In this document: positions 57,055 through 64,000 of the stretch, one piece after another
Position numbering within the stretch: position 1 is the stretch's first letter
Layout: every line of letters starts with the position of its first letter
From: a virus
IMG/VR virus record: IMGVR_UViG_3300045988_135485
Direction: 5' to 3' (one strand)
DNA length: 64,000 nucleotides
Made by a program: the position numbers and the translations under genes
Notes under the pieces: generated by a model
The model's database searches: none
What the model was told of the DNA's origin: nothing
Seen by the model: the letters and a program-made list of their open reading frames with translations, nothing else

Positions 57055-59028
57055 TTAGTCTCCATTTCCTAATTGTACATAGTGGTCAGCTTCAATGTCT
57101 CTGTGAGATACCAAAATAACTTGGTTTATATATTTTGAAATCTTTTTAAGACAATTGGCTGTTAATTGTGCCCGGTCTTCTCTCATTGACGCGTCAATCT
57201 CATCTCCGATAAAGACACTAAACACTTTATGGGTTAAGACCTGTCCTAAGCCAAGTCTTAAGGCAAGGTTAATCATAGCCTGTTCCGAACCTGAGAACAG
57301 ATTTATTTCTCGTCCTTCCACAAGAATATCGAAGTCAGGACTGATTGTAATCTCGTTAAACAATCCATCAGACATATCAGAAAGTAAATGAGAACTTACT
57401 TTCTGAAGAGAAGGAAGAACATATCCCTTAATCTTAACTTTCATCTCTTTCAGATTCTCGGCAGCTTTCTTATAGCGACCTCCTTCTCTTGCAAATGTAT
57501 CAGCCCTTTCTTTGGCTCTGTCATAATCCTCTTTTTTAGACTGCCAAAGTTTTATTTGCGTATCGTACTCTTGACATTGATGATACAGAAATGCTAATGC
57601 GTCCTTCTTTTGTTCCATATCTGTAAGCTTAAAATTAGCATATTTAACAGCTAAAGAATCATATTCATGCTTCTTACATTCATAGCTTGTTTTCATAGAT
57701 TCATAGTTTACTCTATCCTTCTCATAAGCTAATTTGGTCTGTAAATCTTCAAGAGTGTAATTAGGAAGGTTGGCCATTTTAGCAGAAATCTCCGCTTCTT
57801 CCCTTTCCTTTTGGTCATACATATCCCAATCCCGAAGGAGATTGCTGGCCTCAACACCTTGTAAAATAGGTTTTACACATTCTTCAACCTTAGGAATTTT
57901 GTTAAATTCGTTTTGATAATTTATTAGCTGTTGTTGTCTTTGGAGACCGTCAAAAGAAAGTTTAGGTTCTTCAAATGGAGGGGGAGTAGGCTCTGTCATT
58001 TGACTGCTGAAGACATGACCGCACTTCGGGCATGTTTGTTTTCTGATATTAAACTTGGTCAGTTCAAGATGGTAAATATCCCACACATCCTTCTTTCTTT
58101 TTTCTTCATCCAGTTCTTTTTGCGTAAAGATAGGTTTTTCTTGTCTAGAGAAGAAATCCGTCTTTGCCAGATATTGTTGGTATTCTTGATAGGCTTTATT
58201 TTGCCTAATCATTTCTTCCAGTTCTGGACGGGTATATTTAGGCTTAACAGTATCAGCAAATTGAAGCAGCTTGGTCTCATACTCTTTTCTGAGCGCGATT
58301 GTGTTGCTAATCTCACTCGCTTCCACATTCCTGATTGTTTCAGAGTATTTATCGTCTGGATTCTCTGGTTCTATTGGTTCTTCCATAGATTGAAAAATAC
58401 TATACTCTGTCAGTTCCATTTTACATTTTTCGTAATCTTGTGCAATTTGTAAAATAGGACGGTAACCCTCTGGCGCGACCGGCTCTTCTCCCGGGTCTAT
58501 TAACAGGCCACGAATCGCTTTCTCTTCATGAGAAAATTCTAAAGCCTTATCATTGGTATATTTAATAAGCTTGTCAATAATCCCTATTCCCAACGTCTTA
58601 TCTAACGCAGTCTTTCTTTCGGAAGGCTTCATATTTCCAAGACCAAGTATATCTAACTGGGCTGCATAATTTCCCATTTTATAAACATTATAATCATAAC
58701 CAAGTAAGGATATAATCTTGATATTACATGGCTTAGTTCCTGTGCATAAGAGAGTTCCTTGACTATCATACAATTTACAATTCTTGGTAGTTCTCTCAAT
58801 CTTGTAGTCTTTTCCTTTCACGCTCAACCAGACAGTAATAGATAAGTCTTTATAATCGTCGACTTTTCCACGAAGAGCTACACTGCCGAAAACCGCGAAG
58901 GACATATATTCTACCAGCAGGGATTTACCACAACCATTAGGACCGACAACAGCTGTCAATCCGTTTTCAAAAGAGATTATCTTTCCACCATGAATAGGAC
59001 CTTTTTCAATATTAACCTGCTTAAACAT
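57055..59028 (-). CDS. SbcC/Rad50-family ATPase (T4 gp46 / T5 D13-like)
   Basis: Walker A GPNGCGKS. Central coiled coil with a CPKCGH zinc hook. The C-terminal helix LFSGSEQAMINLALRL carries an ABC-signature-like SGSEQ, and VSHRD is the D-loop. 4-bp overlap with the SbcD-like gene. Confidence 0.75.
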   Translation of the reverse strand: MFKQVNIEKGPIHGGKIISFENGLTAVVGPNGCGKSLLVEYMSFAVFGSVALRGKVDDYKDLSITVWLSVKGKDYKIERTTKNCKLYDSQGTLLCTGTKPCNIKIISLLGYDYNVYKMGNYAAQLDILGLGNMKPSERKTALDKTLGIGIIDKLIKYTNDKALEFSHEEKAIRGLLIDPGEEPVAPEGYRPILQIAQDYEKCKMELTEYSIFQSMEEPIEPENPDDKYSETIRNVEASEISNTIALRKEYETKLLQFADTVKPKYTRPELEEMIRQNKAYQEYQQYLAKTDFFSRQEKPIFTQKELDEEKRKKDVWDIYHLELTKFNIRKQTCPKCGHVFSSQMTEPTPPPFEEPKLSFDGLQRQQQLINYQNEFNKIPKVEECVKPILQGVEASNLLRDWDMYDQKEREEAEISAKMANLPNYTLEDLQTKLAYEKDRVNYESMKTSYECKKHEYDSLAVKYANFKLTDMEQKKDALAFLYHQCQEYDTQIKLWQSKKEDYDRAKERADTFAREGGRYKKAAENLKEMKVKIKGYVLPSLQKVSSHLLSDMSDGLFNEITISPDFDILVEGREINLFSGSEQAMINLALRLGLGQVLTHKVFSVFIGDEIDASMREDRAQLTANCLKKISKYINQVILVSHRDIEADHYVQLGNGD

Positions 59029-59968
59029 TCTCAGCCTCCGACATCTTATTTTCTAAATACTGGTTATAGACCTCCTCATATAAATTAAGATTGTCTAAAG
59101 CTTCGTGCATAAGCTTTTCAATATCAAACGGTTCAAAGTCTACATTCAGGTCTATTTCTTCTTTAGTTTCCTTGGGCTCAATATACTTTGACATTTGAAG
59201 GCATATTGGTCGTGAAGGAAGTTCTTCTCCCTCTTGCAGTTTAAGACGGTAGCAACGACCTTTTGAAATACCAAGAGAAAGGTCATATTCATATTCAGCA
59301 AGCGTACAGGTTCTCATAAAAGTATTTGTCGGGTCTTCGGCAAAGGTAAGGGGCATTATACTTCCAACTACTGTTAAATTACCTTCTTGACGAGGACTGT
59401 GAATATGTCCACTAAAGACTTGTTGGTAGCACAGCTTTAACCACTTTAGGTCAGCTTCTTCAAAATGACCATAAATGGTATAACCCCTATGGTTATAATT
59501 AGTAAGAACTTGAGGAAGTTCTTCGCTTGAATAGTAGGGAACTAAAAGATGTTCACCTATAAAACGAGGTTCTTCTATAAATCTAAGATTATCATAATTT
59601 TTGCACAGTCTTTTTAATATATCAAAAGCCGATATTCTTTCCTTATCTTTAGACTGGTCATGGTTCCCTTTTATAATGTAGCAAGGGCAATAGTTATAGG
59701 CAAAATTAATTACGACATTATAGACCTTTATAAGGTCATCGTAGCTGACACAGAAAGAATCGAAAAGGTCTCCAAGAATAATTACCCCTTCCTTGTTCTT
59801 TTCTCTGCAAGTTTCAATAGCCTTTTCTACCTTACGGTTAAATTGAGCCAATAGGACTTCTTCACGAACCCCTTTCATTTCCAAAGGAATATCTCTGGAA
59901 CGAAACTTACGTCCTATATGTACGTCGCCGATTAAAACAAATGGACTAGAATTATCAGATAAATTCAT
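59021..59968 (-). CDS. SbcD/Mre11-family nuclease (calcineurin-like phosphoesterase)
   Basis: IGDVHIG, ILGDLFD, IKGNHD and GHFE phosphoesterase motifs. Start moved to ATG 59968 (MNLSDN) behind GGGAGA. Confidence 0.75.
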   Translation of the reverse strand: MNLSDNSSPFVLIGDVHIGRKFRSRDIPLEMKGVREEVLLAQFNRKVEKAIETCREKNKEGVIILGDLFDSFCVSYDDLIKVYNVVINFAYNYCPCYIIKGNHDQSKDKERISAFDILKRLCKNYDNLRFIEEPRFIGEHLLVPYYSSEELPQVLTNYNHRGYTIYGHFEEADLKWLKLCYQQVFSGHIHSPRQEGNLTVVGSIMPLTFAEDPTNTFMRTCTLAEYEYDLSLGISKGRCYRLKLQEGEELPSRPICLQMSKYIEPKETKEEIDLNVDFEPFDIEKLMHEALDNLNLYEEVYNQYLENKMSEAENV

Positions 59969-60002
59969 ATTAATCTCCCAAGTAAAATCAATAGTGTTAG
60001 TG

Positions 60003-60260
60003 TCAGTGTTCTTCTTCCGGTCGGAGAAACAGGTTACAATGGCAATGTCCTGTTTCTTTAACATCCTCTTCCATAAGACTGCAAGGACATTCGTAATTAT
60101 TCTCCGGATGTGCTTCACGTTCTTTTGGCGAAACACAAGGACAATACCCGTTGCAGGCATTTACTCTGGCAATAATTTTCTCTGCATGAGGACTAAGAAT
60201 AAAGCCTTTCTTCTTAGCTATTTCTTGGTAATCTTCTAGAGTTAAAACATCTTTTTCCAT
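60003..60260 (-). CDS. small CPC/CPC/CHC protein resembling the ferredoxin-thioredoxin reductase catalytic chain
   Basis: CNGYCPCVSPKEREAHPENNYECPCSLMEEDVKETGHCHC. The spacing differs somewhat from the canonical CPC-X16-CPC-X8-CHC motif as I recall it. Confidence 0.35.
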   Translation of the reverse strand: MEKDVLTLEDYQEIAKKKGFILSPHAEKIIARVNACNGYCPCVSPKEREAHPENNYECPCSLMEEDVKETGHCHCNLFLRPEEEH

Positions 60261-60832
60261 TATTTTTCTCCCTTGTATTTTTGAGTGTATTTAATAAGTT
60301 CCATAACTTGAAATTTAACATCGGCTAATGCATTATGAGCGTCGTCCGATTCCAGTCTCAGTTCCGGAAGCGGTTCCGGAAACATAATACCCAACAGATA
60401 ACTTCTCATATCTCTGGCCTTCCAGTATTTAAATGGATTTTGAAATCCATACATACGAAAATATTTATCTAGCAGGGCAAAGTCAAAGTGACTAGGCTTT
60501 GACCAAAAATGTTTAGCTGGGCCTTCAACTCTATTCCATCTAATAAAACTATTTATAACTTCTTTAGGATTTAAGGATTTCTTTGTAATCTCATCAAGGA
60601 TTATCTTCCTTTTTGGATTCGATACCCACCAATTAAGGGTTTTTGCTTCCCAGAGGTATCCTTCCGGTAACAATAGACAAGAATCAAATTCGGGACCGAT
60701 AATTCCTTTCTCTAAATTGAACATAACAGCTGACAGCTGAATAACCCCGGCAGTAGCTATACTCGTACCGGTTGTTTCAACGTCGACCATAATATCGGTC
60801 CACTCTACCTTCTGATTATTTAAAGCTTCCAT
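60260..60832 (-). CDS. DEDD-family 3'-5' exonuclease (DnaQ-like)
   Basis: Exo I DVETTG, Exo II-like SHFDFALLD, Exo III DDAHNALADV. Start at ATG 60832 behind GGGAGA. Confidence 0.65.
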   Translation of the reverse strand: MEALNNQKVEWTDIMVDVETTGTSIATAGVIQLSAVMFNLEKGIIGPEFDSCLLLPEGYLWEAKTLNWWVSNPKRKIILDEITKKSLNPKEVINSFIRWNRVEGPAKHFWSKPSHFDFALLDKYFRMYGFQNPFKYWKARDMRSYLLGIMFPEPLPELRLESDDAHNALADVKFQVMELIKYTQKYKGEK

Positions 60833-60863
60833 AATGTCTCCCAAGTAAAAAAGTAGCTTTATT

Positions 60864-61328
60864 TTAAAACGGTACTTCTGGAAAGTCAATATAAAAATGA
60901 ATCATGTCTTCCCAAGTATAGTCACTCACCAACTCCTGATAATTAATGAAGTACCATTCTCTTCTCTCTGTACTGTAGATAAGATAGACATAGTTTCCAC
61001 CAGCTACGGCTATCTTATATCTCTCTGAAGCTTGAGTAGAGAAAAGACTGCCGGTTAGGCCTTTTTTACTGGTAGAGGTTTTTATTTCACAGAAATAAGT
61101 TATACCGTTCATAATTAACATTATATCACAAGGTTTTCGTGGAAGAACAACTTTCTTCTGACCTGTCCCCCAGCGGCCTTTATTGGCATCATAAGTATCA
61201 GAGAATCTGGCAACGTAGATATACTTACTTTTTTTGGACAACCATTTAATAATAAAATCCTCGGCTATCTTTCCGGCTTGGGACGGACTGATTTCTTTTC
61301 CGTTTATCAGCATCGTAGACTTTACCAT
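60864..61328 (-). CDS. putative PD-(D/E)xK nuclease
   Basis: D(IMLIM)...CEIK spacing resembles a PD-ExK core. Start at ATG 61328 behind AGGAGA. Confidence 0.3.
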   Translation of the reverse strand: MVKSTMLINGKEISPSQAGKIAEDFIIKWLSKKSKYIYVARFSDTYDANKGRWGTGQKKVVLPRKPCDIMLIMNGITYFCEIKTSTSKKGLTGSLFSTQASERYKIAVAGGNYVYLIYSTERREWYFINYQELVSDYTWEDMIHFYIDFPEVPF

Positions 61329-61338
61329 AAATTTTCTC

Positions 61339-61860
61339 CTAACCAAGCGCCAATGCTGTCCACGTTCCTTCCCATGCTGGTCTAAAACGTCCACCAATTA
61401 AAAGCTTTGATTGGCCAGTTTCGTTAATTATTTTTGGAATAAGAACTTGTCCTCCATCAGCGTCCCTAACTTGGATGATGGGGTGCAAATGACCTATACC
61501 ATGTTGAAACAGGAAATAACCCTCACTGTCCAGATTATCGTATGTAAAGGTTTGTGAAATCACGTTACCACTTACTACAATATCTGATATGAGTATCTTT
61601 CCTACCAAATAGTATTCCAAGTCCCCTTCCTTTTCTTTATAAGGAAGGACAAAGGTATCAGGCGTGCTACCGTCTTCGCCACCGATTTTTTCGTACAAAG
61701 CGGCCCACTCTGTTTTGGATACCTCTGTGTTCGGTACGCTGATACGCAGAGTTCCTGCTGGAGGTTCGGCTGAATAAGAAGGGATGGTGCTTCCTATCCG
61801 GTCGTAAAAGAGTTCAAAATCTTTTAAACGGGAGGTACTGACAAGAGTTGTCTCTGACAT
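61339..61860 (-). CDS. hypothetical protein (His-rich motif HGIGHLHPIIQVRDADGG)
   Basis: SD GGGAGGT. Fold not recognised. Confidence 0.35.
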   Translation of the reverse strand: MSETTLVSTSRLKDFELFYDRIGSTIPSYSAEPPAGTLRISVPNTEVSKTEWAALYEKIGGEDGSTPDTFVLPYKEKEGDLEYYLVGKILISDIVVSGNVISQTFTYDNLDSEGYFLFQHGIGHLHPIIQVRDADGGQVLIPKIINETGQSKLLIGGRFRPAWEGTWTALALG

Positions 61861-61862
61861 AG

Positions 61863-62192
61863 CTACCTCCCTTTGTTTATTCTTATAAACTCAGCTATAA
61901 CGTCGTTTTGCTGATTTATTTCTTCGTCTATACCTTTTTTGAGTTCGCTTCTGAACTCTATCATTTCGTTTTTGGCTTCTATGATGCTCGCCTTCTGGTC
62001 GTCTATTGACCGGATTAAAAACATAGCCAATAATATGTTCATAACAAAAATTGAGATAAGAGCGGCACCTATCAAAAAATTTTGAGATGTCATATAGGTC
62101 TTGTTTATATTAATGTTACTTCTCTCAGAAACTACGTTGTCATTACTCTGATTGAAGCTATTTTCCTTAGTAGGACTGACAAGTGTATCCAT
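61863..62192 (-). CDS. small single-TM membrane protein
   Basis: LIGAALISIFVMNILLAMFLI TM segment. Confidence 0.35.
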   Translation of the reverse strand: MDTLVSPTKENSFNQSNDNVVSERSNININKTYMTSQNFLIGAALISIFVMNILLAMFLIRSIDDQKASIIEAKNEMIEFRSELKKGIDEEINQQNDVIAEFIRINKGR

Positions 62193-62218
62193 TGATTTCT
62201 CCTTAATAAGTTCCGGTG

Positions 62219-62839
62219 TTAATCTATTCCCAAAAACTTAAAAGTCAAGCTTAAAAAATTATATTTTGCTTCCGGGTCTGGAAGATACCAAATATATCCG
62301 AAAACAAAACCAGAAAATACTTCAGCTACCTGAGTGGCTGAAACATTGATATATCCTTTATTTTTAAGGGTCCAGCATAATCCATATATCGGGCTGATAG
62401 ACAGACCGATAAGAATATATCCGGGTTCAAGAAAATATAAAGCAGGAAGAGCCATCGGTAACGTGTAACGAATCGACATTAAGAATCCGTCAAACCAATA
62501 GCCATACCACATTTTTTCGGGAAAGAGTTTGCAGGCAAGATTATATCCCCACATCTCTTTATACCGGCGAAGGGTATCGCTGCTTGGTTTACCACCATTT
62601 CCACGGTCGAAAACAGGACCATGGCCTTTTGACCAAAACATAAATTGTAACCATAGAGAGGTTACAAGAGCTGTAGCGAATCCATAACACATAAATAAAG
62701 GAAGCATAGATAAAATCATAACGACTGTTTGGATACCCCTGCTTTTTAAAAGAGGAACTTCATCAAATAAGCCACCAAACCAGCGGCGGAGAAAGCCCCA
62801 TAAAATGTTATAGAAAATGGAAAAAGGCGTACACGGCAT
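62219..62839 (-). CDS. polytopic membrane protein
   Basis: Multiple hydrophobic helices, W/F/Y-rich. Confidence 0.4.
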   Translation of the reverse strand: MPCTPFSIFYNILWGFLRRWFGGLFDEVPLLKSRGIQTVVMILSMLPLFMCYGFATALVTSLWLQFMFWSKGHGPVFDRGNGGKPSSDTLRRYKEMWGYNLACKLFPEKMWYGYWFDGFLMSIRYTLPMALPALYFLEPGYILIGLSISPIYGLCWTLKNKGYINVSATQVAEVFSGFVFGYIWYLPDPEAKYNFLSLTFKFLGID

Positions 62840-62974
62840 AAATTCCTCCTTCAGTTCATATATCGCTTTAATATTATAAGAAGAATTTAAATGTCGTCAA
62901 GCGAAAAAGAGAAAGGAGGCGGAAGAGGGAGGGGGCGCAGGCACAAAGCAGGGAGGGAGCCTGCGCCCAAAGGT

Positions 62975-63427
62975 TTAATAATGCATTGCTACCCAATATC
63001 TTTTCATTTTATTGGACGGAGCATCTGAATCATTTAAAAAATCACAAGCTAACCTTATATAAACGTCTGTAGAGAAATCTGGTGAAAAATAATCAGAGTA
63101 GCACATATTCATAGCAACATACCATTCCGCCGCCGGATGGTCGTAACCTTTCTTTTCTAGTACCTCGGTTGTCTGTTCATAAGTCCAGTGCTCTCCTTCA
63201 GTACCATCTTTATTCCTCATTTTCTTAACGGCGTGCTCTGCTTGGTGCCTGTCCCAAGGAATATGCTTATTGCTAAGCTTTACTTTGGTCATGTACTTTT
63301 CATACATTTCCGGGTGCATTTCTTCTAAATCACAAAATAAATGGTCCAGAACCCTAGTCAAGTGGTGCATATCGCTTTCATCACTCACTTTGGCATATTC
63401 TTCCATTAAAGACATAAATTCACTCAT
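62975..63427 (-). CDS. hypothetical protein
   Basis: 150-aa ORF. Confidence 0.35.
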   Translation of the reverse strand: MSEFMSLMEEYAKVSDESDMHHLTRVLDHLFCDLEEMHPEMYEKYMTKVKLSNKHIPWDRHQAEHAVKKMRNKDGTEGEHWTYEQTTEVLEKKGYDHPAAEWYVAMNMCYSDYFSPDFSTDVYIRLACDFLNDSDAPSNKMKRYWVAMHY

Positions 63428-63644
63428 TTGCGGTCTCCTCTACAGGTTCAACAGGGATAGATTTTGTTTTCAAAATGTCCAGCATTGATTTAGAAAAACA
63501 GTCCATCTGATTCGCTATTTTATCACTTATATTAACATAAGCTCTGGCTAAAGACTCTATTTCAAGAGCCGTTATATTTTCGTGTTTAAGATACTTATTA
63601 ATGGCTTCATAAAAAGTATCTTTAATCTGTTCGTCTGTCATCAT
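63420..63644 (-). CDS. hypothetical protein
   Basis: Tiled ORF. Confidence 0.3.
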   Translation of the reverse strand: MMTDEQIKDTFYEAINKYLKHENITALEIESLARAYVNISDKIANQMDCFSKSMLDILKTKSIPVEPVEETANE

Positions 63645-63828
63645 TTTTCTCCTTATTAATGGTTTCGTTCTTTTTCTCCGGTACCATTGAACAGAACAAT
63701 TTACCCATAGGAGTTTTCTTCAGTTCTTGGTCAATGATAAGGGAGGCTTTTTTTAGATTGTCTAAACACCATTTTCTTGCCGTAGCATTTCCTAAAACGT
63801 ATCCGACAACTAATCCAAGCCCCCTCAT
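63622..63828 (-). CDS. hypothetical small protein (first gene downstream of the 12-bp repeat array)
   Basis: ATG at 63828 (MRGLGLVVGY...). The track ORF extends into repeat-derived low complexity. Confidence 0.25.
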   Translation of the reverse strand: MRGLGLVVGYVLGNATARKWCLDNLKKASLIIDQELKKTPMGKLFCSMVPEKKNETINKEKNDDRRTD

Positions 63829-63845
63829 TTTACGCCTTCGCTTTC

Positions 63846-63893
63846 GTATTCGCGGTCGTGTTCGCGGTCGTATTCGCGGTCGTGTTCGCGGTT
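63846..63893. repeat. 4 x 12-bp tandem GTRTTCGCGGTC
   Basis: gtattcgcggtc gtgttcgcggtc gtattcgcggtc gtgttcgcggtt. Same unit as at 22874-22897, about 41 kb away. Confidence 0.8.
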
Positions 63894-64000
63894 GTCTGTT
63901 CAGCGACTGTCTGTGGCGTAGGAGTTGTCTGAGTCCCCGACGGGAAAGCAACCGGAAAACAACTCGGCTTAATGCGGCATAAAATAGACGCGTGAACCGG

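Noticed and set aside
22846-63893. Idea that the two GTRTTCGCGGTC loci mark circular-permutation wrap-around or terminal repeats of a 41-kb genome
   Set aside because: Sequence beyond the two loci is unrelated, and different genes flank each. The loci are a dispersed repeat family, not a duplicated genome end.
63659-63982. Plus-strand ORF with (RGRV/RIRG)n, and the 5' extension of minus ORF 63622-63951 with (RTRPRIRP)n
   Set aside because: Both are translations of the GTRTTCGCGGTC repeat array. The likelier gene is the shorter minus-strand ORF starting at ATG 63828.
1-64000. tRNA genes, integrase/att sites, DNA polymerase
   Set aside because: Scanning by eye found no T-loop/acceptor-like GGTTCGAWTCC-type segments in non-coding gaps. 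No tyrosine or serine recombinase motifs or polymerase motifs appear in any ORF. Absence by eye is weak evidence, so tRNAscan and HMM searches should confirm it.

Overview
The whole 64-kb window is phage DNA. It is a contiguous slice of a large tailed-phage genome (over 64 kb, since both window edges still lie in phage sequence). The sequence is visibly AT-rich and uses canonical Shine-Dalgarno sites (GGGAGA/AAGGAGG). The lysis cassette is Gram-negative-type: an M15-like endolysin plus overlapping i-/o-spanins with an LTSC lipobox.

Layout:
(i) 1-27,230: a minus-strand early and DNA-metabolism arm of about 60 tightly tiled genes, many with ATGA start/stop overlaps. Recognisable products are an N6-adenine methyltransferase (truncated at the window edge), a FEN-type 5'-3' exonuclease, a PAPS-reductase-like PP-loop protein, an SNF2 helicase, an XRE HTH regulator, many small acidic or Cys-rich proteins, a D5/P4-type primase-helicase and an excisionase-family HTH protein. 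The arm is interrupted at 19.0-23.0 kb by a gene-poor regulatory zone. That zone carries seven copies of an 18-bp palindrome, iteron-like tandem repeats, large hairpins and a lone plus-strand HNH endonuclease.
(ii) 27,516-55,373: the plus-strand late operon. It encodes the large terminase, portal, a protease/scaffold candidate, an HK97-like capsid protein, neck proteins, the major tail protein, a G/T-like chaperone pair and a 1499-aa tape measure protein. A lambda-like tip module follows: M-like, L-like, NlpC/P60, JAB, two tandem ubiquitin-like gpI paralogues and a 1208-aa J-like protein. Side tail fibres and the lysis genes close the operon.
(iii) 55,469-64,000: a minus-strand arm with MazG, SbcC/SbcD, a DnaQ-like exonuclease, a small CPC/CPC/CHC protein and membrane proteins.

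I did not recognise an integrase, DNA polymerase, small terminase, tRNA or CRISPR array.

The most notable feature is a 0.5-kb invertible cassette at the 3' end of a side tail-fibre gene (53,687-54,321). It is bounded by 62-bp perfect inverted repeats and holds two convergent alternative C-terminal tips. No recognisable invertase is present in the window.
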